Origin: Octopus vulgaris
Lineage: Eukaryota
Direction of reading: 5' to 3'
NCBI GenBank assembly: GCA_951406725.2
Contig: OX597816.1
Coordinates: 74,772,001-74,836,000, forward strand
DNA: 64,000 nt
Shown here: piece by piece, positions 1-13,239 of the stretch
Layout: each line of letters begins with the position of its first letter
Numbering within the stretch: position 1 is the stretch's first letter
The notes under the pieces: model-generated
Databases searched by the model: none
The model's input: the letters and a program-made list of their open reading frames with translations, nothing else
What the model was told of the DNA's origin: nothing
Program-made: the position numbers and the translations under genes

Positions 1-412
1 GTGTGTGTATCCATATATATTTGTTTATTTCCTTTACACGTATGTGTGCTTATGTACATATTCCTGTTTTAGGTGCGTATAATATATACATACACACACA
101 CACATATATGTATGCATGTATGTATACACACTACACACATACACACACACATATATATATATACACAACGCACATACGCTTATGTACACACATATATGCA
201 TACATATAAGCATGCATACATAGTGCATACATAAGTACGTACATACATATACATATACATACACACACATACATGCATACATACATACATGCATGCATGC
301 ATGCATGCATGCATACATACATACATACATACATAGATACATACATACATACATACATACATACATACATACATACATACATACATACATACATACATAC
401 ATACATACATAC
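1..412. repeat. Compound (TA)/(CA)/(TGCA)/(TACA)n microsatellite
   Basis: Direct reading; source of the MYVC/IHTY pseudo-ORFs. Confidence 0.97.
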
Positions 413-574
413 ATTTTCTGTCAGTAATCGTTGTTACAGATTGGTAATATTGATGTGACAGTAGTGTACTGCAACTGGTGTGTCACTTAACCTGTCGTCA
501 CAGACGTGCAATATGGCGGGGATTTGAGGGCTCTGTGCAATGTTATCCCACTGAATGAAGCTACAAATCGTTAG

Positions 575-735
575 TCGATTAAGTCGACTTCACTACTTAA
601 ATCTTACTTTATTTTTATCGATGCTGCATGGATGAGCTTTGACCTCAGCTGGAATTGAATTCAGAAGTTAAAGAGCCGGAACCAATACCGTAAGGCATTT
701 TGTCTGACGCGTTAACGATCTACCAATTCACCTCC
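575..735 (-). mobile_element. Degenerate SINE family A copy
   Basis: Decayed match to the reverse complement of the family-A body (…tttatcga…gacctc…ggaattgaattcagaa…gcattttgtctgacgcgttaacgat). Confidence 0.6.
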
Positions 736-772
736 ATAAATATAGATATACTGCTGGAAGACAGTTATGATG

Positions 773-885
773 TATCACGTGACCTAATGTAAAGAACAGA
801 CGACATATTGTATCATGTTACTAGATGTAAAGAGCAGGCGACCATTTTACCACGTAAATAAATAAATATAAAGAGCAGACGACAC
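773..885. repeat. Short degenerate minisatellite, 3 units of ~38-45 bp
   Basis: Recurrent tatcacgt…taaagagcagacgac unit. Confidence 0.65.
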
Positions 886-1244
886 GTCTATTATATTTGT
901 TTCGATGTCATGTTTGTTAAGTCAACTTAATGTAAGTTATTTATTAAAAATATAGTCGTGAGAAATATAAAAAATTAAGATATTTTAATGTTAATCCATT
1001 ATTGACTGACAAGTAGTGACTCCCTAAAACTTGTATAAATATTAGTGTTTGTGTGTGTTTGTGAGTGTATGTGCATGTATATGTGTGTGCGTGTGTGCGC
1101 GCGTGTGTGTAAGTGTGTGTGTTCACTTATATTTATAAATATTTATAAATATTTATGAAAATAGCATCCGCTTAAAATCATGTATAGACAGTTATATTGC
1201 TTCTATTGTAAACTTTTTCGTTGCACTGTATCTTCATCATTTAA

Positions 1245-1275
<31 letters not shown>

Positions 1276-1286
1276 GGCAGACAGGC

Positions 1287-1318
<32 letters not shown>

Positions 1319-1374
1319 GGACGGACGGACGGACGGACGGACGGACGGACGGACGGACAGACAGACAGACAGAC

Positions 1375-1441
<67 letters not shown>

Positions 1442-1449
1442 GAGACAGA
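1245..1449. repeat. Compound (ACAG)n(ACGG)n(ATAG)n microsatellite
   Basis: Direct reading. Confidence 0.97.
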
Positions 1450-1794
1450 TCGTCAGGTATGCATGTGCGTAAGTTATCGATGAATAATGGATACATTTGC
1501 AATAATTCACAAGGTACAGCGTGGAACTATGCTTAAAATATTTCCTGGTTGTTCCACTAAATGCTACTCTATCTAGCATATAATTTGATATAAAGTGCGA
1601 ACTAGAATACAGCTAGATTCATTTCTTAGGGTCATATCGAGATGATTAAACAAGACAAATTCCGAATTATATGAAATAACCACAATAGTTTACAGCGGTG
1701 CAGCCTCACAAATTTGTAACGGTGCAGGAGAGTTCAATCCATTGTAACTCTCTCTCTCTCTCACACACACTCTCTCTCCATCTCCCTCTCTCTC

Positions 1795-1877
<83 letters not shown>

Positions 1878-1880
<3 letters not shown>

Positions 1881-2015
1881 AGAGTTTACGAAAAAAAACA
1901 AAAGGCGAAGACAGGTGGTGTACAAAACAAACAGATGTATTAGTATAACGCTCAGGAATAGAAAAAGTATTTTACGTTTCGAACCTACGCTCTTCTACAG
2001 AAAGGGACACAGAAA
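1878..2015 (-). mobile_element. Penelope-like terminal fragment with degenerate minimal-hammerhead motif, abutting (TA)n
   Basis: Minus strand ctttctgtagaagagcgtaggttcgaaacgtaaaa…cctgagcgttatactaatac; nearly identical to 23760-23900 (+). PLE assignment is inferred from the GAG-loop-CTC-GAAACGT motif and TA-tract association. Confidence 0.55.
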
Positions 2016-2135
2016 AAAGTAATGATCCCTCCCTTTGTCTCTCTTTCGGTTTTTGGCATTCGCTTAGATTCGCATAATCTGCATTAGCTACATGTGCAGA
2101 TTTGCATGCGGGATAGATATATAATGTGTGTGTGT

Positions 2136-2186
<51 letters not shown>

Positions 2187-2204
2187 TGCATATATGTATA
2201 TATA

Positions 2205-2421
2205 CGAGGTGGTGATGACAAGTTCCTGGCTTTGAGGGTGTCGCAAAAGGCTTGGTTGGAGGCTCAACCTTACAATCTCTTTTACGGAGCTTAGGAAGAC
2301 TGAATGACCGCTGCAATAAGTGTGTAAGTCTGAGAGGGGAATATATTGAATAAAATCATAATTATCTGAGCCTCCTACATTTTCATTAACCCATAGCGAG
2401 GAACTTTGCATCACTCCATCG
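2205..2421 (+). mobile_element. Mariner-derived MITE (internal deletion derivative)
   Basis: TA-flanked; imperfect TIRs (cgaggtggtgatgacaagtt / aactttgcatcactccatcg); keeps the transposase C-terminus (…LRKTE/DRCNKCVSLRGEYIE*); homologous to 28568-28785. Confidence 0.8.
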
Positions 2422-2520
2422 TACGTACACACACACACGTACACACGTATGTATGTATGTATGTATGTATGTATGTATGTATGTATGTATGTATGTATGT
2501 ATGTATGTATGTATGTATGT

Positions 2521-2665
2521 CTCTTCAATTTTTTTAATTATTATAAATCTCCCACTGAGGAAGGAGCCGGTTTCCAACAAAGATACAAAGCTCCATCTTT
2601 GGAATGTAGTTAACACAGACAAATTCACATCTGGAACTTGACAAAGAGTCTTGCATAGTTTTATT
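2521..2665 (-). mobile_element. 3'UTR fragment of a (TACA)n-associated R4/Dong-like LINE
   Basis: Embedded between two (TATG)n tracts; minus strand attccaaagatggagctttgtatctttgttggaaaccggctccttcctcagtgg aligns to the 3'UTR at 62336-62390 (attccaatgaaggcccttggatctaggttagaaaccagctctttctctattgg). Confidence 0.6.
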
Positions 2666-3939
2666 GTATGTATGTATGTATGTATGTATGTATGTATGTA
2701 TGTATGTATGTACCAAAGTCCGAATAAACCAAAAGTTTGCTCCCCGTTACTTGTACCGTGGTCAGCGCATAAAAGTGCAAATTTTTACCTTATAACTGAT
2801 CCCCGTAAGTTTAGATAGTGTTTTGAAACTTTTTGGTTTTTGGCATTCCCTTAGATTCTCATAATCTGTAGTATCTAAATGTGCAGATTTGCATGCAAAA
2901 AATAATGAACTCCTGTACTTCTGTTTTAGTCACATGATACAGCGTGCCGTCTGTTTTTCTTCTTGATTTTCTCAAATTTTCTCACTCTTTTCACCTAACT
3001 TCCATTATCAGCCCCTCTTCTTATTTTTACACCCACACAAATATCTAGATCCGTATTTATGCGTCGCTAAATCGGTCCTATAAAATCGGCTTGAAGAGTT
3101 TAAATTTTTTTTTTTAAACCTGTTAATTTATAGATTTCTATTCTAAAGCTCTGAACGTCTCTGCTATTTTTAAAAGTGTTTTAGTTCTCTCCTTTACTTT
3201 GTCTATGCGTTCATTGTGGGTGGTAATAAAAAAAAATTGAATCAAATAATAGGATACAGAAGGAACATTTAAAGATATTATGACAATTTGGAAATAGATA
3301 GCAAATGAAAATAATACGTTTTTTGTTGTATCAAAACGTGTCAGTTTTAGACACAGCTTAACATGTCACACCTGACAGCTTAAAAATAAACGAAGATTTG
3401 TCCATCAATTCTGTGTGTATACATGTTATTATTCCAGATATATTATGGTTGTTTACCATTCCTTCGGTAATGAAGATAAATATTCTCTAGATCAGTGCCT
3501 CTTTCGCCGATTGGTATTTTACAGACATACCCCACCCTCTGTCGGTGTATGTCTGTTAAAAAAATGCAGATTATTTTAAAGAAACTGAAGCTAATTCTTA
3601 TGTAGTGGTTTCGTATCCAATTTTTTAAAATAGTAATACATCATGTGCTTCTTTTTTGACTTACGTGAACTAATGCAGCCACCCACCCACCAACACATAC
3701 TTCTATGTCAAATTGTTATAGAAATTACAAAAAAAAAAAATTGGAATTGTTATCGTCACAGATGCATCACCAATCATGATAACTGATCAAACAATGTCTA
3801 TCCTATTATATTTTGAGCGCATCAGAGATTTTTTTGGAAAGCATATTTTTAAGGTGTTTAAAATACAAGTAATGCACCTAGTTTAACTATTATATTTGAA
3901 AGAACAATCACCACTATAAGTTTAACTCTTCCTTTTCAA

Positions 3940-4650
3940 ATTATTTCGCCCCCAATCGTGTGCTTATAGATGAGGTACGTCCTGACTATCATACAATAAA
4001 CTCAGGTGTCAATTTTAGCGTGCCTGAAGGTTTGTCTATGTTTCCAGCACAATTTCCTCTGTACACTAACGACCTTCTTGGCGAAACTTTTAACTACACG
4101 GTCTCCCTTCAGATAATATTACTCTTTAATTCTCCGTAAATTACTGCACACTGAATATAATCCATACTAAATCTAGACTACTCTGACCAGATATGTATTG
4201 TTTCTACGAAAAGAGACATTGGCAACTGGTAATGTAACAGCCTACATATATAAAGAGCAACCACCTACAACATCACATGTTACCTACTTACAAACCATCC
4301 TCAATTAAAACCACTGATTCTCAGCAAAATCTAGGCCTTACAATTTCTCTTAGTGTCTCACATCGACCACGCATCTATAATATTGCCAAGAATTCTTCTC
4401 AAACGTTTGCCTGTCTCTGTAGAGCATAAAACTATTCTATACAAAACACATGATTCGCATTAGAGTACTACTTACATATTTGAGACGATAATACTGTTAC
4501 ACATACAATCATTATAAACCACATGTCCCAAAATATTCTCTGGCTTACATACAAACCTCAGTTATCAACCAATAGTTCAACAACATGCAGACTAGTGCCT
4601 TTGCCTTTTCTACCGTGACTACATCGGTCTGTGTTCTGATCTCGTAATCT
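3940..4650 (+). pseudogene. Highly decayed CR1/L2/Jockey-group LINE reverse-transcriptase C-terminal remnant
   Basis: Patchy translations SVPEG…LYTNDLL, YKT..IR.LEYYLHI, LCLFYRDY.GLCS resemble GVPQG…LFINDL, LYK.QIRP.LEY..HIW, SL.LFYRY..G.CS of these clades; many frameshifts. Confidence 0.5.
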
Positions 4651-5249
4651 ATATATCTAAGTGCTAACGTTCAGTATGTTTGTTTCGCTTTCCCTCTTTT
4701 TTATGTTTTATCTTGTTTTGCTTCATTTTTTTTTTTGCTTTTTTTTTTTGCTCCTAGGGGAATAAAAGACAGTCTCCATGATGCTAAATTCTTGTGATTG
4801 GTATATCAAGGAAGTTATTCTCACACAGGAAACTTGGCATCGACGCTTGCTTCAGAGTAAACTCCGTTAAAGGTAGTCAAAGATCAAGTGGTGGTGTTAA
4901 ACTGAGTGACAGATTAAGTTTAAGAATCAAAAACGCAGAAGGCAAAGATCTGGAACAAATAGCAGATGATCTCTTGTCCGACGCTCTAATAATTCCACCA
5001 ATCCACCATCTGTTACTTTATTTATCGACCACGAAAAGATGAAAGAAAAAATTGATCTTGACGCCGACGGTATTTGAACACAGAGAACCAGAACAAACTC
5101 ACCTTTTATTTCTCTGCCTGTCCTCCTGACTTCTAATCCCTTTCACCCTAGACTCTGTACTGGACACTGTTGCGCAACAATGCCCCCACCTCCATATAAC
5201 TGCAAACCTCAGGAATATTCTCTGTGCCAAAAGATAGTCTCCAATTAAA

Positions 5250-5462
5250 GTAATGAACTGACAGAATCGTTAGCACACCGGGCAAAATGCTTAGCGGCAT
5301 TTCGTTCGTTTTTACGTTCTGAGTTCAAATCCCACCGAGATCGACTTTGCCTTTCATTCCTTTCGGGGTCGATAAAATAAGTACTTGTCGAGTACTGGGG
5401 TCAATGTAATCGACTTAATCTTTCTCCCCGAAATTGTTGGCCTTGTGCCAAAACTTGAAACT
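5250..5462 (+). mobile_element. tRNA-derived SINE family A
   Basis: A-box-like ctgacagaatcgttagc, B-box gagttcaaatcc, core gactttgcctttcattcctttcggggtcgataaaataagtac, tail ggccttgtgccaaaacttgaaa. Confidence 0.9.
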
Positions 5463-5707
5463 ATTATTTACTTTCCAAACTTCAACCAAAATTTCAAGAT
5501 CAATATCAAACACTTTTGATATCCGTAATGTGGGACAGCTTGCAAGAGAAATGAGTGCGGCTCCTCTTTTTCAGACTAAACAAAACAACGTATACACCCT
5601 CACCTTGGGATTCAAGTCTATTTCGGTGAATCAGAATAGAATACACTCGATATTACTACTGTTTCTCGCACGCTTATTTTATTACATAGCTCAACATGCA
5701 AAGACAT

Positions 5708-5832
5708 AGGTGAACTTTACCTTTCATTTTTCTATGGTCGATAAAATAAGTACAAGTTAAGCCCTGAGGTCGACGTAATTGATTTCCACATCCTCTTAAA
5801 AATTGATGGCCTTGTACCAAAATTTGAAACAA
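5708..5832 (+). mobile_element. SINE family A, 5'-truncated
   Basis: Core and tail match 5340-5462. Confidence 0.75.
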
Positions 5833-7964
5833 TTGTGTTACTTAATCACGGAAGGCGATAGTACCTATATTCTTTGTAGGTCTTCCAAGAGTTATACGAC
5901 TGATACAGTTGATGTTTAGTTTGAACGCCCCTAAGGTAACGACTGAAGGTAAAACATAGACGAACGGGATTTCAAAATAGTTGTCTCACTAAGTAGGAAT
6001 GATTAAACAGAGTATTTAGTTTGGGAAGTGGTAAACTAAGGCATAAGTACAGGACGACGAGCGAAAGAGAGAACCTCTGCATTATCACTCGACTTGCAAG
6101 AAATATCAACCAAATCTTCTTTAAATAATGCCTTACCGTCACTTAGAATTATGTCATCCTGAATTCCCCGCACAGAAAAAATACGAGGATGTCACAACTG
6201 GAATGTTCTTCGCTCAGCTCAACCAGAATTGACCAGCAACAACAACGTGAAGAAAGGAGTCGACTGCGTTGATTGATCTAGTTGTAGCATTCTTTTTAGC
6301 TCTTGGTCAGTATTAATCAAGCAAATCTATGGTCAAAAGCAAGTGTTCTCAAATTCATCTCAGGCCTCCGTTAACCACCAAATTCTTTAAAAACTAATGA
6401 CACTTCTCACCACCTTCCCATAGAATTCTTTATTAATTATGGTGTGATAAGTTAAAAAGGTTTATAATCAATTTAATTTGGTTAAAAATGGTATTGGAGA
6501 TAACTGTTCCATGAGAGTGAAGGAAGGGGGAGGCGCAAAAGAGGAAGAGAGCTAAAAATTGGTGGATGATTGTGCTGCAAGAATGGGTGGAGAATGAGGT
6601 GTTTACTGGTAGAAGTTGGTAGTCAAGTGTTCGCAGCTCGTACCCCCCCGGGTAAGGCCTATTGAACCTTGAGCATTACAAGAATGAGAAGAAAAAGAGC
6701 CATCAAGAACAAGGTAGAGGCTGCTGCTGCTGAGAAAGAATTTAGGTAGCTCTGACTGAAAAAAGGTGGTTGGTAGAATCAATAGAATGCTACTTGGACT
6801 CGAGATTAGCTCTGATATCAATCTAAGTCGGATCACCTGGATGTGGGTGAATGTTATTGGACCCTAAACACTCAGAAACTTCAGAATACAACATTGACGA
6901 TGTATCCAAGCATTGCATCTCTAGACGTATGCTGAACTGTCGATCTTCGACCAGTGATTCTATTATAATTATTCAAAATAGCAACTCCTCCAGAGTAGAA
7001 GATGCTCCTCTTAACTATGATAAACACCGGTTCAAAATGTTCTGTCTATAATCAGCCTTTCATTTCGTTAAGGCTCTTCCGTTCTTTTATTCGAAATTGC
7101 TAGCCTTTTGCAATATTATCATCATTTTTTTTTTTTCAGGCAGTTTTGCTATGCGGGTATTGTGACAATACCTCACGGAGGGACGACTGTGCCCAGCACA
7201 GTTACAGGCTGTCCTTTGGCAAGGCATAGCACTCGTTCAACCACCCTGCCAGGGATACGGTGAAGTCATGTGACTGTAACATGGCGGGTTGTAAAGAGAT
7301 AGCAAACGGGCTCAACTGAACCAACAATGCTTCTTATACTGATGCTGAACGGAGAACTCCTAGATCAACGACCAGAATCACCAATTTTTATCAAAAGAGT
7401 AACTACAACGCATCCATAGGGTTGGTGTCCAAAGTTATGTAATCAGTTAATGGAAGATTCGCTATGATTCAAGATCCCAATTTAAATTCATAATGGAATT
7501 GGATGGCGACAGAGAGCTATGGGAATCCGCGAAAGCAGCGTATGATTATTATTCGGGAAGCATCATGTAATAAGCGCTCTGATTTTAAAGGGATTTGGCT
7601 GCTATTACTAGCAACTACGTAGAAGAGGCGCCCTTGTTAGATTATCGGATGACCTATGATAGAGATGATACAAACCTTGCCAATACAAAAGAACAGAAAC
7701 TGGTTTTTAAGTACGTAATAAGATATAAATCTTATCATATGACGTTTACTGATGTATTTCAATGAATTTCAATGAATAAATCTCGTCATATCGCACATTT
7801 TGAGGAAACATTTACCAAGAGATGTTAACATGCCGGAAATAAGAAATAAAACTTGTCTTAGTTTGTTCTTTTCAATTATTTTATCTATCTCATGAACAAA
7901 ATAGTTAATCTAAAGTAAATCAATCTAGATGGTTATCTTCGCAGAAGTGAGAATTCGTTTGTCT

Positions 7965-8039
7965 CTATATATATTGTATATGCGTATGTGTATAAATGTG
8001 GGCGTGTATATATTTATATATATATATATACATACATAT

Positions 8040-8082
<43 letters not shown>

Positions 8083-8092
8083 TATACAAATA

Positions 8093-8138
<46 letters not shown>

Positions 8139-8175
8139 AATATAAATGTGTGTATATATATACACACATACATAT
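7965..8175. repeat. (TA)n microsatellite, interrupted
   Basis: Direct reading. Confidence 0.95.
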
Positions 8176-8273
8176 TCATACAGATACCAAGGTCAACGAT
8201 CTGTTTATCGTATTAATCTAATTTTGATACAACTCATTCTGCTGTTAGAATTATGACTAATATTAATAATAAT

Positions 8274-8474
8274 CCTTTCTACCGTAGGCACAAGTCCTGA
8301 AATATGTAGTGGTGGTGCGGGGGGGGGGGGACTAATTGACTACATCGACTCCAGTGTTTCACTGGTACTTAATTTATCGACTCCGATAAGTAATTTGAAC
8401 TCAGAACGTAAAAATGGGGGAAATGCCGCTAAGCATTTCGTCCTGCGTGCTAACGAGTCTGCCAGCTCGCCGCC
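8274..8474 (-). mobile_element. SINE family A
   Basis: Minus strand starts ggcggcgagctggcagactcgttagc; ends in tcctttctac/(aat)n tail. Confidence 0.9.
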
Positions 8475-8476
8475 TT

Positions 8477-10724
8477 GATGATGACGATGATGATGATGAT
8501 TTCATTTATTTGCCACAAGGGCGAAGGATGGAGGGTCAATACAGAGATAGACATAAAGTGTGTGGTTTACATATAATGAAATGATAAAAGAATACTAAGT
8601 ATACACGGTGTACACTGAAAAAGAAGGGACTTATGCATAGCGTAAAAAGGTAAAAAAAAAAAATGGCAGGGAGGATGATACAGATGTGGCCCTCCTGATA
8701 CAAGAAGGCCCCTAGGAATAAACGAGGAACCCCACTATTCGAGATTTCCCTGAAACTCTAGGAGCAACTCCCCTCTCCAATTCCTTGTCTCCGACTCACA
8801 GGTCTACACTTAGAGAGGTACCATCCACTCTTGCCATTTCCGCAACTTTCACCCACATTTCAATAAACTTACTCGAGGACAGCACTTCCCTCTCCACTCT
8901 CAGTATCCTTTTCAAGTGAAACTTGAAGAAGTCACTGAGAGCTCTACCAAAAAGGAATGTATTTGTCCTCATGCCTTTCAGCCTTGTCCACCAACCTCTT
9001 CCGCGACGGCCACCAGGCAAGGGAAAACTGCCTTGCCTGCCCGATTGAAGGAGGGCGGTGGTGCAATCATCCCTGCAGACTCGGCCGACAGAGGGATCCG
9101 TCCCACACGTGACAGCAGCTGCTCGACATAACCCCACAAGTCAGCAATGTCCGGACACTGAACGAGATCATGCAGAACGGTTTCGTTACTGTGCGCACCT
9201 CGGACAAGCCCGTCTGACAGCACATCCGTGCCTGAAGAGCTTGTCTCGAACCAGTAGCGCCTCCCGATAGCATTGCCAAGCCAAAGACATCTTGAAATTA
9301 TCCATAATAGTTCCCGACCGGAAAGTCCTCCGGAACAGACTAGCCACTTCGTTCTCATCGGCGCCCATAGTTTCCCCGACACTAATTCTCTATAAATTTC
9401 TAAAACGGAACGTCCACCGATCCCATTGTCTCACTGGTAAAGGGTTGTAAGCGCCTGACAACATTCAAGGTGCCCAGTCTCGGTCTTTTCTTTACCCAGG
9501 ACTGCAGCTCCGTCAAAAAGACGATCTGCGGAAAGACGAGCTTCACAAACGAAACCGTCCAGAAATCGTTGCAGGCGGCGTAATCTTAGCGCGTTTCTGC
9601 GCATTAGAAGCCACGGCAAACCTAATCTGCCACTAAGAGGATGCTGGCAACAGACTGACCGCCTGACCATTGGAACGCGTCCCTTTGACAAGAATAAGAG
9701 ACGCTCCAACCTGATCAAGCAGTAACCGGGACAAGGCACGACGGTCAGGCGATAAATGATAACGGAGGCATTCGCCACCTCTTCAGGTACAGCTTTATTT
9801 CAACTCATTTCTCGGTAAGACTGGTCACCACCTCGTCAAAGTTCTTACCAACCTGGAGGTCGAAACCAAACCAGACCCCGAATACTTTAACTGGTTCGTC
9901 GGTCCAGCGTCCGACGATGCCATCCGAAAGCTTCATTCTGCCTCTCCAGGAGCCCAACAGCAAACCAACCGATTTGTTGGCGTTGATTTTAGACCCTACG
10001 ACCGATTCATATTCCTTTAGGAAGGTGCCGACCGTCTCAACTTTGGAGGTATCCGACACCATGACGGTGACGTCCGCGTATGCTGACACTGCCCCTCCTT
10101 GTCCCAGTTCGAAAGGGATGCTCCTTAGCTGTTCCAACTTCTGAAACAGTGGCTCGTGTGCCAATACGCATAGAAGAAGCGACAGTGGACAGCCCTGACG
10201 GACCAAGCGTGCGATGCCAAACGGTTCTGATAGGTGGCCGTTTACTTTGACCACTGAACAAGTGCCGCTGTGCATTGCAGCGATCAAGCCTCTGAAAACG
10301 GATCCTAAACCGCCTACTTTCAGGACGGCTTCCAAGTAATGATGGTCGATCCTATCGAATGCTTTTCATTGATCCAAATGGATCAGAGCACCTCCGAAGC
10401 CAACTGTCGTCCCAGCCCTCTCTATGACGTATTGCATAAGGTGGGGGTTGTGGATAGACCTGCTCGGGATTACGTACATTTGTACTTCTCCGACCAGGCT
10501 ACCGACGACAAGCGCCAACCTTTTCGCTAACACCTTGGCTAAAATCCTAAACTCTGTGTTTAGCAGAGTTATGAGCCGAAAATTCTCTAGTACATTGTCG
10601 GCGTCCTTCCTCAGCAGTGTCACCACACCTCTGCTAACAGCACTAGGAATTCTCCTGTTCTGTTGCCAGTTGTAGTAGACGTCTGCCAAGAGATCGTCAA
10701 ACAAATCTGTCATGAATACATAGA
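8477..10724 (-). mobile_element. 5'-truncated, frameshifted L1/Tx1-clade LINE (ORF2 RT through C-terminal zinc region, 3'UTR, (ATC)n tail)
   Basis: ORF fragments 10366-10713, 9805-10335, 9431-9778, 8978-9382, 8796-9137 give FRLITLLNTEFRILAKVLAKRL, LDQ*KAFD, VRQGCPLS, SAYAD, GSKIN..KS, CPRC…ETVLHDLVQC; AATAAA then (ATC)n at 8477-8500. Confidence 0.9.
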
Positions 10725-11427
10725 TTTCGTAACATTTTCTTTATTAACCACAAAACTCACTAAAAAGATCGAGTATGATACAGGATAGCATAGGAGAAGG
10801 CAGTGTGGAATTGCATTAAACAGCGTGTAAACAAGACAAATAACAAAAATATAAAAATTCCTTAAAAGGACTACTCGTAGACACCCAACAAAACTTACCT
10901 TACCGGCTTATAAAAATTGCGTGGTGGTTAATGAAATCTTGGAAACATTTATTTCAAAAAAATGAAAAGAAAACCTCATCAAACTCGAAAGCTTTAGATT
11001 ATGGAACTGATAGATAAAAGCTGATATGAAAGTTAAACAAAAAGGACAAGGAATTAACTGATTAGTGATTAAGCACAATTCTCTGTTCTCTAATATGAGA
11101 GAGTAAAATTAAGGCTGCGAGCTGACAGAATCGTTACCGCACCGGGCAAAAGGCTTAGGTGCATTTCGTCCGTCTTTACGTCGTGTGATAAAATTCCGCC
11201 GAGGTTGACTTTGCCTTTCATCCCTTTCGGGGTCGATAAAATAAGTAGTAGTTAAGCACTAGGTCGATGTTATCGACTTACTCCCTCCCCTTTCGTAACA
11301 TTTTCTTTATTAACCACAAAACTCACTAAAAAGATCGAGTATGATACAGGATAGCATAGGAGAAGGCAGTGTGGAATTGCATTAAACAGCGTGTAAACAA
11401 GACAAATAACAAAAATATAAAAATTCC
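10725..11427. repeat. 137-bp identical direct repeat (10725-10861 and 11291-11427)
   Basis: Base-by-base identical; second copy interrupts the tail of a family-A SINE. Confidence 0.92.
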
Positions 11428-11460
11428 CTAAAAAAATGGCCTCGTGCAAAAATTTGAAGC
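11112..11460 (+). mobile_element. SINE family A interrupted by a 137-bp insert
   Basis: ggctgcgagctgacagaatcgtt…ttactccctcccc[insert]taaaaaaatggcctcgtgcaaaaatttgaa. Confidence 0.88.
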
Positions 11461-11959
11461 CGGTAAAGAGCAACATACCTGCTGAATGGATTCGAACCAC
11501 GTATCTACCACTTACTAAGTATTCTATGTTACACGTTAGATTCCTCTACTTGACATCTAAACATTTATTTCATTGTTTGAATTTCTTGCATTACTATCTA
11601 CCAACGTAAACTGTCACTGCGTACCTCAATGTTACTACATTCCCATTATTACAATACAGAGGGTTTGTTATTCTCGGTTCTAAACTTAGCTACTACTAAG
11701 AAATACTTTTCTTGCTATTCTAGCTGGTATTTTTATTGTTAAAAGCAACAAAAAACAAAATAACATATGCTGTACCTAATTTAAGAAAAAGGGCCAAGAA
11801 TAACGTTGAAGTGTAAATAAGCATTTTTTGTTTCTGAAGTAAATCACTTAAAGTATTTTAATTTATTTATTTTGTTAGTTAAGTTGATAACCATTGGATT
11901 TGTGAACAATAATGCAGTAGGTTACTAAAGGGGCAATCACTATTTCATTTTATTTACGA

Positions 11960-12356
11960 CTAGCAGTATCGCCCGGCGTTGCTCGGGTTGTAAGGGAAAT
12001 AACTATATAAGCATTTTTAGAGAGTTATAGCCAAAAAATAGCAAAAAAATGCATTAAAAATTGAAAAAAAAATTAAGGTAAATTTTTATTTTTAAATCGT
12101 TGACACATCGTAGATATTTTTAGAGAGTTACTTCCCTTATATAAAAGCGAAAAAAATGCATTCAAATGGAAAAATATGATGGTAATTTTTTTTAAATCGT
12201 AGACTCATCGTAGACGCGCGCTAATACCCAGAAGGGCTCGATATGAATCACGACTATAAGATACCCGCTTTTGGTTAAACTGCACGGCAAAATGTGGGAG
12301 TAGTTACGAATCTAAATCGAAGGGGACAGACACACAACTTCACTCTTATATAAAGA
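11960..12356 (-). mobile_element. Non-autonomous Helitron
   Basis: Minus strand begins TC(TTTATATA), ends hairpin cccgagcaacgccggg + CTAG, inserted between A and T with no TSD. Confidence 0.85.
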
Positions 12357-12779
12357 TGCTTATTTTTTTTCAGTCATAGAGTTAGATTTATGAAGGTCTT
12401 CAGTAGAAAATCCTTCGAATTCTGACTCGCTGCTTGATATAATGAAATTCGTATCCATTTTTTGTCAGAATTACAAATTTTGAAAACACAATAGGAACAA
12501 ATTTCGGAAAAAATCTCCCATAATTCACGGAATTAAAATTACACTTCGATTTTTGTACAAAACTGTATTTGAAGTGTTTACGAAGTATAATACGTGTTTT
12601 CACGAATGTACTAAAGAGATTTACTCTGATATTCTCATTTAAATATGAATAGGTAAATTCGGGTAACGAAAGGGTTTATATAAGTGTCGTCTGTTTATAC
12701 ATAAACACTGTTTCATACCTTCAGTATAGTCTTGCTCAAATCACTCTGTCGCTAATTTACTCTCTTCCAAGAACATTTT

Positions 12780-13129
12780 CACTCACTGTTATCTGTTAGC
12801 TTCCCATACATTTTACTCATGTATCTATCAGCGTGATAGACAGAAACAAATATTACATTTACTTTCATTTTATTCGTCGCACACTGTGTGTGTGCGTTTG
12901 CGTGTGGTGTAAACCAGACTAAGAAAAGCATTTGACACACACACCAGAATGTGAGTTTTCTGTAAATTTTGCTTAATTGGAGTTTAAATTTTAAAAACTG
13001 GACCTGGCATGACGCGATGCATTGTACTCTCAAAAATGCTAGGTAAATTGTAATTGAAGAAATCCTATATTGTAGATTTCTATAACTCCCAAAGGGAGGC
13101 AGATAAAATCTGCCTTTTATAATAAGAGA
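12780..13129 (-). mobile_element. Probable Helitron-type 5' end (left boundary uncertain)
   Basis: Minus strand A|TCTCTTATTATAAAA start with subterminal hairpin ggcagat-N3-atctgcc (13098-13114); no 3' CTAG end located. Confidence 0.35.
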
Positions 13130-13239
13130 TAGAGGGGTTAGCAAGTGAATGTGTGTGTGTTACACAGAGCTGAGCAAATATCTCAGGGAATTTGCGTTAA
13201 AAAAATTCGAGTTATCATTTATCTAAAGGATCTTTACAT

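Noticed and set aside
7124-7262. Poly-T + CAG acceptor followed by GC-richer sequence as a coding exon
   Set aside because: No recognisable peptide and no convincing donor; more likely a repeat remnant.
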